Assembly: GCA_029858205.1 (NCBI GenBank)
Contig: JAOUFM010000002.1
Location: forward strand, 91,176 to 155,175
Origin: Deltaproteobacteria bacterium
Lineage (GTDB): Bacteria; Desulfobacterota; GWC2-55-46; DRQE01
Length of the DNA: 64,000 nucleotides
Direction: 5' to 3'
Below, one piece after another: positions 1 through 10,165 of the stretch. The translations under genes were made by a program, and so were the position numbers. Every line of letters begins with the position of its first letter. The first letter of the stretch is position 1. Under the pieces are notes generated by a model that saw only the letters and a list, made by a program, of their open reading frames with translations, had not been told where the DNA came from and searched no databases.

Positions 1-2166
1 ACAGTGTCGTCCGGCAGAGGCGCCCTTTCTATATGCCCTGCTGCAGGCGGCGGGGCATGGCGCTTTATGGCCTCGGATGCACTCGTCTTTATAAGCGGCG
101 AGGCTTGCGGCGCGTCCAGGGCCTCGAGCACAAAGCGGCTCGTCTTCTTCGCCCTTACGCCGCCGTAATCAGCCGCACCCGTGAGATAGAGCTCCTCCAT
201 GGCCCTTGTCATGCCAACATAGAAGAGCCGCCTTTCCTCCGCGATATGGGAATCCCCGGAGGGAAGTATGTCCTTTATGATTTCGGCAGGCATCTCTATG
301 GGGTCTTTTCTCCCTCTTCTCGGGAACCTGTCGGTAACAAGCCCTGCCATGAACACGACCGGGAACTCGAGCCCCTTTGACTTATGCACTGTCATAACCT
401 GCACGCACTCGGCGTCAAGGTCAGGCTCTGCTGTCGACGGGTCGTCTCCAGCTTCCATGAGAAGGTTCAGATGCTCGATTAGCGCGTGCGCGTTCTTTAC
501 CTTCAAGGTCTCCTCTATGTGCGTCACCATGTCGAAGAACTTGGCGATGTTTCTCACCTTGAACTCCGCTTCCTCGGTTGCCTCGGAGCTAAGGGATGAA
601 AGTATGCCGCTCTCTGTAACAAAGGCGTAAAGAAGACGGCCCGTTGCCATGGTAAGGGAAAGCTCGGAGTAGCGCTTTACGTCGTCAACGCAGGCCTTTA
701 CCCGCTCGATACTTTTAGAATCAAGGTCCGTGCACGCTGTAATCCCCTCGGAAACGCCGCGCATGACGATATAGAGCGGCCTGTTAGTCCTTCTCGAAAG
801 ATTGTGACAGGGGATTAGCTCCTCGGCCTTGAGGCCGTAGGGCGCGCTACTTGCCAGATGAAAGAGGCTTAGCGAATCCATGTGATTGGTGACTGCGCGA
901 AGGAACGCGATAAGGTGCATTATCTCTGGCCTTGAGTAAAGGCCGCTCGAGCCCGAGAAGCGGTGGTCTATGCCGCTCTGGGTAAGGGCCTTAAGGTAGG
1001 GCTCGGCATCGCCGTTCGTCCTGACAAGAAGCGCAAAGTCCGAGAGGCGGCGCTTTTTGGAGGCGCACGCCTCTTTTATCATTCTCGCAATGGTCTCTGC
1101 CTCGCTCGTGACAGTGTCGAAGAAGAGGTGCTTCACCGCCCCTGCCCCGCCATCGCGAATCGAGACAAGGCGCTTATCAATGCCGCTTTTTATCTCGAGC
1201 CGGTCGGGGTTGTTATGCGTAATGAGCCTGTACGAGGCATCGAGGATTGGCTGCACGGAGCGGTAGTTCTCCCGAAGCGTTATTTCCGCTGCGTCCGGGA
1301 AAACGGTCTTGAAGTTAAGGACATTACTGATTGCCGCGCCCCGAAACTTATATATGCTCTGGTCGTCGTCTGCAACAACGGTGATGTTACGCCTCCCGCC
1401 TGCAAGGAGCTTTACAAGCTCGAACTGCGCGTAGTTCGTGTCCTGGAACTCGTCTGCGAGCACGTACTTGAAGCGATCGGTATAGCGCTTTAGCACCGTT
1501 GGCCGCGTTCTAAGGAGCTTTAGCGCCATAGTTACCTGGTCGCCGAAGTCCAGATACCCGTTTTTCGCCATCAACTCCAGATACGCGGCATAGGAAGAAG
1601 CAAGCTCGATTTGCTCGGCCTTGAAGTCAGCAGGGTCATCCGGCAAGGAGGACGCGTACTTGATATATTCCTCTGGCACTACGTCCTCGTCCTTCAGGCG
1701 GCCAAAGTACCTCACGAGCTCGAATACGTGCTTTGTCGGATTGCCAGATGGCCTGTATCTTTCGAGCGGAAGGTCGTAGACGTGTTCTCTTAGAAATATC
1801 GCGCTCTCGGCCAAGCTTAGCACTTTGAAATCCGGGTTAAGGCCGCTTGCGAGGGCGTTATCACGAAGCAGCCTGTCGCCGAATGAATGGAAGGTGGATA
1901 TCCACACGGTCGAGTACCCGTATGGAACGAGCCTGTCGACGCGTTCCTCCATTTCATTGGCTGCCTTTTCGGTAAACGTGAGGGCAAGAATGTCCGAGGG
2001 ATTTACGCCCCGCTCGACGAGCTTTGCTATCCTGTGCGTGATGACGCGGGTTTTTCCGGTGCCCGCGCCTGCGATGATAAGAAGCGGACCTTCGCCGTGG
2101 TTGACGGCTCTCTTCTGCTCGCCGTTTAGTTCGTAGGTCTCTTCTCCTTTTATGACCCCTGTCATC
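1..2166 (-). CDS. UvrD/PcrA/Rep-family ATP-dependent DNA helicase (N-terminal about 720 aa; C-terminus runs off the window start)
   Basis: Reverse translation from ATG at 2164-2166 gives MTGVIKGEETYELNGEQKRAVNHGEGPLLIIAGAGTGKT, a UvrD-type helicase N-terminus with Walker A motif. A GGGAG RBS lies 5 nt upstream. The gene is absent from the ORF track because it is truncated by the window edge. Confidence 0.8.
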
Positions 2167-2178
2167 TTGCTCCCGTAT

Positions 2179-3705
2179 TTAGCGGCTAAGGTGCATCGGT
2201 ATCTTGACGGTAAACTTCGCTCCCGTGCCGTCCTCGCTTTCGAGGGCTATGGAGCCGCCGTGCGCGTCGACAAACTTTTTTGTAAGCGCAAGGCCGAGCC
2301 CGAGGCCGCCGTAATTGCGGACAAACCCGGTCTCTGCCCCGGAAAACGGCGTGAAGAGCGCATGCCTTACGTCACTTGCTATGCCGGGGCCCGTGTCCGT
2401 CACTGTCATAATAAGCGTATCGACACCCTCGAAATGCTTTCTATCGATACCAAGCCCCACGGTGCCGCCCTTCGGGGTGAACTTTACCGCGTTATCAAGA
2501 AGGCTCTCGAAGATGTGCTTTAGCATGGCCCTGTCGGCCTTTATGACATCTAACCCGGAAACCTCGTTCAAGATAAACGTCTGCCCCTTTTCAGCTGCCG
2601 CGCGCTCGGCCTCGACCACGACCTCGGAGACAAGTGTCTTCAAATCGAACTCGACAAGCTCCGTTGAAACGCCCTCGTATGTGCGCGTTACATCGAGAAG
2701 CTTTTCTATGTGCCCGAGCAGTTCGTTGCCGCTCTTTGTTATGTTGCCAAGATACTTTTGCCCGCTCTCCGAGAGCTTACTCGACGAATCGATGGATATG
2801 AGTTCGGTAAACCCTAGTATGTGGGTGAGCGGGGTCTTCAGCTCATGGCTCATATTGGCAAGGAATGTGCCCTTATATCGCCCTGCGGCCACGAGCTCGC
2901 TGTTTATCGAGTCTATCACCTTGAGCATGCTCCTTAGTTTCTCTTCCCTCTCCTTTATGACCGAGCTCATGTTGTTAAACCCGTCGGCCAGGTCCTCGAG
3001 CTCGTCGTTGGTCGTAACGCTCACTTCCTTGGAATAATCGCCGCTTGTTATCCTCTCGGCCCCGCTGTAGAGCTCTTCGATGGGTAGCGTTATGCGCCTT
3101 CTTAGCTGGTAATAAAGGACTGCGACGAGCGCCAGTCCTATGGCAGCGAAGACATAGAGCATCTTTCGCGCGCCTGCGGCGCGCCTGTTTGCCTTGGCCT
3201 CGAGACTTCTATTTTCTATAACCGCCTCTGTATCGAAGCGGTCGAGGTCCGAAGCAACCGAGTCGGCAAGCACAACCGCGTCGTTTAACTTGTCGGTTAT
3301 CTGCCTGCTGCCGGGCTTGGCGTCCGAATACACGACATCCAAAACAAGCTCGCTTACCGCTACCGCGCCGGTCTTGACGCCCTCTTTACGCTCGTCCCAC
3401 GGGGCATACGGCGGCAACGACTCCATCTCGCCAAGTGTATCACCCATGGCCCTTAGTGTCGAATCGAACTCGTTTCGCTTGGCTTTGTCACTTCCTATTA
3501 TATATTCGCCGGAAAGTCTTATGAGCTTATGGATGTTGACGTTTAAATGATCGGCAAGCTCTATCCTTCTTGCCATCACGTGCATCTCTTTCATATCAGA
3601 GATCACGGCGTCTATGGTAAAGACCGACCACACGAGGAAAACTGCGGCAAAGGCTGCGCCGGCGAAAAACATCGCGATGATCTTCCTGTTTATGCCGGTC
3701 CTCAT
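2179..3705 (-). CDS. membrane sensor histidine kinase (two TM segments, periplasmic sensor domain, HAMP, HisKA, HATPase_c)
   Basis: HisKA H-box (HELKTPLTHILGFTELI) and G-boxes (DTGPGI, GGLGLGL) are present. The N-terminus has TM segment 1, about 150 aa of periplasmic sequence and TM segment 2. No response regulator gene is adjacent. Confidence 0.85.
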   Translation of the reverse strand: MRTGINRKIIAMFFAGAAFAAVFLVWSVFTIDAVISDMKEMHVMARRIELADHLNVNIHKLIRLSGEYIIGSDKAKRNEFDSTLRAMGDTLGEMESLPPYAPWDERKEGVKTGAVAVSELVLDVVYSDAKPGSRQITDKLNDAVVLADSVASDLDRFDTEAVIENRSLEAKANRRAAGARKMLYVFAAIGLALVAVLYYQLRRRITLPIEELYSGAERITSGDYSKEVSVTTNDELEDLADGFNNMSSVIKEREEKLRSMLKVIDSINSELVAAGRYKGTFLANMSHELKTPLTHILGFTELISIDSSSKLSESGQKYLGNITKSGNELLGHIEKLLDVTRTYEGVSTELVEFDLKTLVSEVVVEAERAAAEKGQTFILNEVSGLDVIKADRAMLKHIFESLLDNAVKFTPKGGTVGLGIDRKHFEGVDTLIMTVTDTGPGIASDVRHALFTPFSGAETGFVRNYGGLGLGLALTKKFVDAHGGSIALESEDGTGAKFTVKIPMHLSR

Positions 3706-4133
3706 AGTTTCAGGGCCACCACGCCTTCGGCAAACGAGGCAACCGAGGCCGGCACATAGGCAATCGCGCCCTTCTCGCGCTGAACCAACTCGACAGCCTC
3801 GTATGAGCTGTGCAGGGTCGGGGGCACGTCGATACCCTCCCTGAACACCTTTTTCACCCAGTGAAGCTTATAATCCTTTTGCGTCATGCCGACAACCTTT
3901 CCAAGAAAGGCCTCTTTCAGGCTGCCGTCCTGCATGTTGACAGGCATCAGCGTAACGCCGCCCTCGAACCTCTTTTCGCCAAGGAATATCTTCTTTACCG
4001 TATCGGCGGTAACGCCGGATGCGAACGGCCCCTTGCGGTTGACGATGACGACGAAATCATCGGCAGCCATGCCCCGGTATGCAGCGCCAAAGACCGCCGC
4101 GAATATCAATATGCAAACCGTAACGCGTTTCAT
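3702..4133 (-). CDS. small periplasmic PstS/PBP-like substrate-binding domain protein
   Basis: Signal peptide followed by a roughly 120-aa PBP-like domain. The stop codon overlaps the ATG of the downstream histidine kinase as ATGA (translational coupling). Confidence 0.5.
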   Translation of the reverse strand: MKRVTVCILIFAAVFGAAYRGMAADDFVVIVNRKGPFASGVTADTVKKIFLGEKRFEGGVTLMPVNMQDGSLKEAFLGKVVGMTQKDYKLHWVKKVFREGIDVPPTLHSSYEAVELVQREKGAIAYVPASVASFAEGVVALKL

Positions 4134-4151
4134 ACGAAAATCACAACCGCC

Positions 4152-5369
4152 TTAGAAGTGAAAGGCCCACTGGGCCTCGAAGGAATCTTCTCTTGTCGAA
4201 CCAACCATGTTGTCGCGCCGAAACTGGAACTTGACGGCAGAGTGCATGCCGTCGATATCGTAGCGAACGCCAAATACCGTTTCGCTTCTCTCGCCTCCGC
4301 CGGCAAGCCATTTAAGGTACGGATCCCCGGTCTTTGTATCGAGCCTTGCAAACCGCGCGTACGGGGTGAGGTTTATGCTGTCTATATTGTATGAAAGCTG
4401 TCCGTAAAAGGCGTGCGCCGCTCTCTCGCCGTTCTTTAAGAGATAGTATTCGCCTATAAGCTCCATGCCGCTCTTCTCGATGTGCATGTCGCCGCTGTAA
4501 ACAGCCTGGTGCACATATATGTCGACAAGCTGGACAGGAGCGGTCTCTGTCTTCTTATACTGGACAAGATAATTTGCCGCTGACACGCCAAGAGAGAACC
4601 ACGGCATCCTACCTGGCTCGAACGCAATACGGCCTGCCGCCATCTTCGAGTCGTTATTGTCGGACTGGTTATTTGGCGCGAGCCTGTACTTTCTGGACTT
4701 TGAATATAAAAACCAATGCGGGTCGACACTAAGCCCGGGGCCGTTGCCGACCTCGGCAGTATAAGAAAGCGGCCCAAGGGAGCCGGCAGCCTCGAGCCCG
4801 ACAATATGCGCCGGAATTACGCCTCCTATGTCCTCGAAGTCTATGAAGAACGGACGATCCATGGGAGCATAGAGGTAACGACCGTGGTGGAAGGCGGCGT
4901 TCCAGTACCCAAGTGCCGTGTGAAAACGCCCTGCCCTAAGCTTTAAATAATCGTTAAAGGTGTACCCTATCCATATTCTCTCTATATTTATGCCGCTCTT
5001 GGCATTATGCTCAAAGATAAGCAACTCGGACATGAAGTTAAGCCTGCCGCTCTCCGCATGGGAGTAAAGGCCGACAGAGCCTATGTTAAACGACTTATTT
5101 CTTCTCTCGCGGCTGTCTGTATAGTAATTTATATCGCCAAATATGCCGAGGTTACGGCCAAACTGTGTTGCCACTCCGTCGTCATGCTTCGCTGCCGGGG
5201 ACTTCTCCAAAAGAGAGCCCTCCATGGCCGCTACCTTTGCCTTCAGACTATCGAGTTCCTTTCTAAGCTCTTCTGTCTCGGTTGCAAAGCAATCGGCAGA
5301 AGAAACCACAAAAACCGCTAAGCAGGCCATCAAAAGCGCCACCACCCTAAGTACGCCTAACCTCTCCAT
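4152..5369 (-). CDS. outer-membrane porin (beta-barrel, possibly phosphate-selective porin O/P-like) with N-terminal coiled-coil segment
   Basis: Signal peptide, coiled-coil ELRKELDSLKAKVAAMEG, alternating amphipathic strands and a C-terminal ...WAFHF ending in Phe. GGAGGG RBS. Confidence 0.55.
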   Translation of the reverse strand: MERLGVLRVVALLMACLAVFVVSSADCFATETEELRKELDSLKAKVAAMEGSLLEKSPAAKHDDGVATQFGRNLGIFGDINYYTDSRERRNKSFNIGSVGLYSHAESGRLNFMSELLIFEHNAKSGINIERIWIGYTFNDYLKLRAGRFHTALGYWNAAFHHGRYLYAPMDRPFFIDFEDIGGVIPAHIVGLEAAGSLGPLSYTAEVGNGPGLSVDPHWFLYSKSRKYRLAPNNQSDNNDSKMAAGRIAFEPGRMPWFSLGVSAANYLVQYKKTETAPVQLVDIYVHQAVYSGDMHIEKSGMELIGEYYLLKNGERAAHAFYGQLSYNIDSINLTPYARFARLDTKTGDPYLKWLAGGGERSETVFGVRYDIDGMHSAVKFQFRRDNMVGSTREDSFEAQWAFHF

Positions 5370-5421
5370 ATACCCTCCAGCAAAGCCGCTCTACGGCGAA
5401 ATATTTTTTTTAAAACTCCTG

Positions 5422-6108
5422 CTACTTAAGTGCTGCCCGCGCATCAACCGCAACAAGCCCCTTCTCATATACGACGAACGGATTTACCTCGAACTCCTTA
5501 AGCTCCGGCATGGCCTCGAAGGCCGCGGATATCTTCACTATGGCAGCGGCAACGGCCTCTATGTCGCCGTGCTCGCCTCTGGCGCCGTTTAAGAGAGGGA
5601 AACTTCTCACCTCTTTTATCATCGACCTCGCCTCATCAAGCGTAACAGGGGCAAGGCGAAAGCTAACGTCCTTTAGATACTCTACCGCCACCCCGCCTAT
5701 GCCAAACATTACGGCCGGGCCAAACTGCGCGTCCCTGAAGGCGCCGATGATTACCTCTATGCCCTTTGGCACCATCTTTTCGACGAGAAACCCGTCGAGG
5801 TTGACCATGGCGAAATCGCCGGCAACATTGACATATGCCTCCATCCACGCCTCTTCCATCTCGCGCGGGTCGCGTATGCCTGTGATAACTCCGCCTATGT
5901 CGCTCTTATGGAGAAAAAGCCTGGAAACAACCTTCAAGACAACAGGGTACCCGATTAAGGAAGCTGCGCTCAAGGCCTCTTCTTTATCCCTTACAAGCCG
6001 TGACTCGGGCACAGGAAGCCCGAGCGAGGCAACAAGGCTCTTGGCCTCGACCTCGTTTAGCGTCTTATGCCCCTTTGATACAGCTTGTTTTATGACGTCC
6101 GCGTTCAT
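5422..6108 (-). CDS. acetyl-CoA synthetase (ADP-forming) beta subunit (ATP-grasp)
   Basis: ATP-grasp fold similar to the NDP-forming acyl-CoA synthetase beta subunit. Immediately downstream of the alpha subunit gene. Confidence 0.7.
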   Translation of the reverse strand: MNADVIKQAVSKGHKTLNEVEAKSLVASLGLPVPESRLVRDKEEALSAASLIGYPVVLKVVSRLFLHKSDIGGVITGIRDPREMEEAWMEAYVNVAGDFAMVNLDGFLVEKMVPKGIEVIIGAFRDAQFGPAVMFGIGGVAVEYLKDVSFRLAPVTLDEARSMIKEVRSFPLLNGARGEHGDIEAVAAAIVKISAAFEAMPELKEFEVNPFVVYEKGLVAVDARAALK

Positions 6109-6118
6109 TCTAACCCTT

Positions 6119-7507
6119 TTAAATATGATTTAAAACACTTTTTTTGACAAGCACCGAAGCTGCCCTGACCGCTCCCTCGGGCGTCGAGAACACCGGCAAC
6201 CCGGCCTTCTCGAACAAAGCGCGCTTACTTAGCGTAAAAGATCCTCCTGGAGAACATATGATAACCGGCTTTGCGGCCTTTTGGGCCTCTTCTGCAAGCA
6301 TCATCGGCAGTTTGTCCGTAAGCCCAGGAGGGCCCCAGAGCGCCGCGACTATGGCCATGTCGTAGCCGTCGCCTTCAAGCACCGTTTTAAGTGAAAGAGC
6401 ATACCATTCATCGGTCACGCTGCCGGTAAGGTCTATGGGATTAGAAACGGTAAAATAAGCCGGGAATACCGAGCGGAGCTCATTGGCCTTATTTTCGGCA
6501 AGCTGCGTGACATCGAGCCCTGCAGCCTCGCATGCATCTGCAATGCCAACCCCCATGCCCCCGCCGTCGGTGATTATGGCAACACGGCGGCCCTTTGGCA
6601 TCACGGGACTTTTCGAAAGCACGCGGCATGAATCCATAAGTTCCTCGTAACTCCCTAGCTCGACAACCCCTGCCTTTTTAAATGCCGCCCTGTATATTTC
6701 GTATCGTCCGGCTATGGAGCCGGTGTGCGACCTTGCGGCCCGCTCTGCAGAGCCGTAGCGGCCGACTTTGTACGCAAGCACTGTTTTTTTCGCGCTGCAC
6801 CTTCTTGCAGCCTCGACAAAGGCGCGGCCGTTATTTATGCCTTCGATATAAACGATAACAACATCGGTATGCTCGTCGGTAGAAAGAAAATCCAGGCACT
6901 CGGCCTCGGAAACATCCACGCGGTTACCGTAGCTTACAACCCTTGAAACACCGAGCCCCTCTGCCGCCATTTCATCCATTGCGGTCAGGGCAAACGAGCC
7001 GCTTTGCGACAGTATGGCTATGCGGCCCTTCCTGGGCCTGCCTGCCCTTTCCCTTGGTATGAAAAACGTGTCAACTCCGGAGACGGTATCGTAGATACCA
7101 AGACAGTTCGGGCCAATCAAGCGTATGCCTTCGTTTCTTGCTGTTTCCAAGAGAGCCTTCTCGTGCGCCGCTCCAACGGCCCCTGTCTCGGAAAACCCGC
7201 CGCTTACGACCACCGCGCCTTTGAGAACGCCGCCAAGCCCCTTTAGAAGTCCGGGAACATACTCGGCGGACATGGCAAACACGGCCATGTCAACGGGCTT
7301 GCCGATTGAACGGATATCGGGATAATAATTTTTTGCGGGATACTTGGGGTTTACGTAGAAGACCTCGCCCGGAAAAGCAGCGTCCTTCATGCTCTGCATA
7401 ATGACGTTCGAGAGCTTACCCTCTGACGGGGAAGCCCCTACTATGGCAACGGCCTTAGCCTTAAAAAAACAATCCACCGCATTACCGCCGTTAAAACGTA
7501 TTTTCAA
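6119..7507 (-). CDS. acetyl-CoA synthetase (ADP-forming) alpha subunit (CoA-binding plus succinyl-CoA-synthetase-like domains)
   Basis: CoA-binding N-terminus (VAIVGASPSEGKLSNV) and a phosphohistidine-loop region (SHTGSIAG). Confidence 0.75.
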   Translation of the reverse strand: MKIRFNGGNAVDCFFKAKAVAIVGASPSEGKLSNVIMQSMKDAAFPGEVFYVNPKYPAKNYYPDIRSIGKPVDMAVFAMSAEYVPGLLKGLGGVLKGAVVVSGGFSETGAVGAAHEKALLETARNEGIRLIGPNCLGIYDTVSGVDTFFIPRERAGRPRKGRIAILSQSGSFALTAMDEMAAEGLGVSRVVSYGNRVDVSEAECLDFLSTDEHTDVVIVYIEGINNGRAFVEAARRCSAKKTVLAYKVGRYGSAERAARSHTGSIAGRYEIYRAAFKKAGVVELGSYEELMDSCRVLSKSPVMPKGRRVAIITDGGGMGVGIADACEAAGLDVTQLAENKANELRSVFPAYFTVSNPIDLTGSVTDEWYALSLKTVLEGDGYDMAIVAALWGPPGLTDKLPMMLAEEAQKAAKPVIICSPGGSFTLSKRALFEKAGLPVFSTPEGAVRAASVLVKKSVLNHI

Positions 7508-7548
7508 GAAAAACTAATCCGGCTTGAACGCGACCTTACGGCGCGCCA

Positions 7549-8022
7549 TCAAAAACGCGCGCGCCCGACCGCCGTGCACATCACAACGACCACGCCAAGC
7601 ACCATGATTACGAGGTTCAAGAGCGTGCTCGCGGTATGCACCTTTATAAAATCCCTTCTAAGGCGCTCCCTAAGCTCTGTATCAGGGGTATCGCGCATCT
7701 TGCGCTTTATTATGCGCGCGTTATTGCCGACAACGAGCCCGGAAAAAAGCATCAACACTAGCATTACAGAGAGAAGCACGATTATGAGCATATCCACGCT
7801 TCGCTCGGCTCCGGAGACATAGGCATACGAGGCAATGGAGAGCGCCCCGCATATATAACCTGTCATCCAGTACTTCGGAAATACATCGCCGACCACGTCG
7901 CCGGCTGTTTCTCTTGGCAGCGTCTTGAATATGCTTGGCGCCGCAATAAAGCTAAAAAATATCATGCTGCCAAGCCATACTATTAGCGACATAAGGTAGA
8001 TAAAATTTATCACGTGTATCAC
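7549..8022 (-). CDS. multi-pass inner-membrane protein (DUF4149/TMEM205-like)
   Basis: Four or five hydrophobic helices. The likely real start is GTG near 8022 (GAGG RBS) or ATG near 7992, rather than the track start at 8133. Confidence 0.45.
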   Translation of the reverse strand: MIHVINFIYLMSLIVWLGSMIFFSFIAAPSIFKTLPRETAGDVVGDVFPKYWMTGYICGALSIASYAYVSGAERSVDMLIIVLLSVMLVLMLFSGLVVGNNARIIKRKMRDTPDTELRERLRRDFIKVHTASTLLNLVIMVLGVVVVMCTAVGRARF

Positions 8023-8315
8023 GGCTGCACCTCGCCCTAAGGAAGTTAATGGCCGATTCGGCCTAAAACGCCAAGTCATCCAAATTATAGCAGAAAACCG
8101 CGTGGCTGAAAACCATATTAATCGTCCTGGCATAAACAGGTATTGTGCTTGGACGCAGGAAATGCTATCCTTTAACAGATAGCCAGGCCCTTGCGGGCTA
8201 CACGAACATTCCCCGTGACACCAGAACGCAAGAGACAGTTAAAAACCGCGAAAAACATCTCTTGGCCGTTTTTTTTCAGAAAAATAAAAACAAAAAATAG
8301 CAAGGAGGCAAGACC

Positions 8316-9143
8316 ATGAAAAAATACATTCTGCTCGCAGCTCTGGCATTTCTGTTCACAGGATGCGTAAGCACCAAGCAATACGATGCGCTCCAAAAGG
8401 TCTCGGACGCAAAGGACGCGGAAATAGACCGTCTCACACTCGAACTCGACACAAAGAGAAGACACCTCGAAGAACTGCAAAAGGCGCTTGGCGACATAAG
8501 CGGCGAGAAAAAAGCCACTGCCGACATACTGGCCGACGCAAAAAACAAGATAAGCGAACTTGAAAAGGAAAACGAGTACCTCGCAAGGGAAAACGAGAGA
8601 ATGAGGGTAAAGACCGGCGAGATAAGCGCCGAAAAGGAGGCGGAACTCTCGAGGCTCAAAAACTCCTACGACAGCCTGGTAAAGGAGCTCGAAGGGGAAA
8701 TCGAAAAAGGCGAGGTCAAGATAACCCAGGCGGTCGACAGACTCTCGGTGAACCTCGTTGACCAGATACTCTTCAACTCCGGAGAAACACAGATAAAGCC
8801 CGAAGGCATGAAAGTGCTCGAAAGGGTCGGCGCGCTGTTGAAAAACATCTCGGATAAGCAGATCCGCGTCATCGGCCACACCGACAACGTGCCGGTTAGC
8901 GGCAAACTTAAGGAAAAATTCCCAACGAACTGGGAGATATCTGCGGCAAGGGCCACAAACGTCGTAAAGTATCTTCAGGAATCGTCCGGCGTAGACCCGA
9001 AGTTCCTCTCCCTGGCAGGCTTTGCCGAGCACCGCCCCATAGACTCAAACGACACCAAGGAAGGTCGCTTAAGGAACAGGAGAATAGAGATACTGCTACT
9101 ACCGATGGATATAGACAAAGTGCTCGAAGAGCTGAAAAAGTAA
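8316..9143 (+). CDS. OmpA/MotB-family lipoprotein with long coiled-coil linker
   Basis: Lipobox LFTGC, an 80-aa coiled coil and a C-terminal OmpA-like peptidoglycan-binding domain (HTDNVP...NRRIEI). AAGGAGG RBS. Confidence 0.8.
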   Translation: MKKYILLAALAFLFTGCVSTKQYDALQKVSDAKDAEIDRLTLELDTKRRHLEELQKALGDISGEKKATADILADAKNKISELEKENEYLARENERMRVKTGEISAEKEAELSRLKNSYDSLVKELEGEIEKGEVKITQAVDRLSVNLVDQILFNSGETQIKPEGMKVLERVGALLKNISDKQIRVIGHTDNVPVSGKLKEKFPTNWEISAARATNVVKYLQESSGVDPKFLSLAGFAEHRPIDSNDTKEGRLRNRRIEILLLPMDIDKVLEELKK

Positions 9144-9242
9144 AAATACCGTGACAGAGCGCCGCACGCTTGAAGGCGGCGCTCTGTGTTTTTCGGCAGC
9201 CAACAACCGCCATCAAGGACATAGCGCCATGGAAAACACCCT

Positions 9243-10157
9243 ATGACAAAATCGCGCATATCACTTACGCTGCTTACAGCCGCCTTGGCCGTTATCCTTT
9301 CCGCCTCTACATGTGTTGCAGACAGCACGGAAAAGATAATAAGGAAATATACCTACAGGGATAACGCGCCGTACTCGATAACGCTTAAGGCAACATCGCA
9401 AAAGAACTTCGTCTTCGCCGTTGTCGGGGACTCGGGCTCCGGCAACAAAGAGCAGTTCGAGGTTGCAAACGAGATACTAAAGGCCGCCCCGGAGTTCATA
9501 ATCCACACCGGCGACGTCGTCTACATGACAGGCGAATGGGAACACTATCTGGACAAATTCGTAGAGCCCTACGAAAAGCTCCTTAAAAAGGGCATCCCCT
9601 TCTACCCGGTGCCGGGCAACCACGACTACATAGAAAACGACGGCGAGGGCTTCAGAGCGTATTTCCTAACTCTCCCGAACCGCTACTACACGATAAAGGC
9701 CGGGGATATCGAATTCTTCATGCTCGACTCTAACACGATAGAAGAAGGCGACAAAGAACAGCTCGAATGGCTGGAGACTGCGCTTAAAAATTCAAGGGCC
9801 GCATTCAAGATAGCGGTCATGCACCACCCATTCTACTCAAGCGGTTTTCACGGCAATACCGAAACGGTAACAAAAGCCCTTCACGCTATATTCGAAAAAA
9901 ACAACGTCTCCCTTGTGCTCTCCGGCCACGACCACGACTACGAACGCTCAAAAGACGGCCAGGTTACGCACATTGTAACAGGAGGAGGCGGAGCAATGCT
10001 CTACAACAAACCGAGACCGCCGCACAAGTTCTCGGTCAAATTCGTCGAGACCTTTCATTTTCTCAAGGTAACAGTTGAAAAAGACCTGCTAAGGATACAG
10101 GCCATAGACTTTAAAGGCAGCGAGATAGATTCCTTTGAAATAAAGCCGCACCGCTAA
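9243..10157 (+). CDS. secreted calcineurin-like metallophosphoesterase
   Basis: Signal peptide plus motifs GDSGSG, GDVVY, GNHDY and GHDHDYER. Confidence 0.8.
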   Translation: MTKSRISLTLLTAALAVILSASTCVADSTEKIIRKYTYRDNAPYSITLKATSQKNFVFAVVGDSGSGNKEQFEVANEILKAAPEFIIHTGDVVYMTGEWEHYLDKFVEPYEKLLKKGIPFYPVPGNHDYIENDGEGFRAYFLTLPNRYYTIKAGDIEFFMLDSNTIEEGDKEQLEWLETALKNSRAAFKIAVMHHPFYSSGFHGNTETVTKALHAIFEKNNVSLVLSGHDHDYERSKDGQVTHIVTGGGGAMLYNKPRPPHKFSVKFVETFHFLKVTVEKDLLRIQAIDFKGSEIDSFEIKPHR

Positions 10158-10165
10158 GGCTCTGC

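Noticed and set aside
8172-9032. 286-aa and 127-aa minus-strand ORFs overlapping the OmpA-like gene
   Set aside because: The plus-strand gene has a lipobox, an RBS and a conserved OmpA domain. The minus-strand translations are low-complexity (F/L/S-rich).
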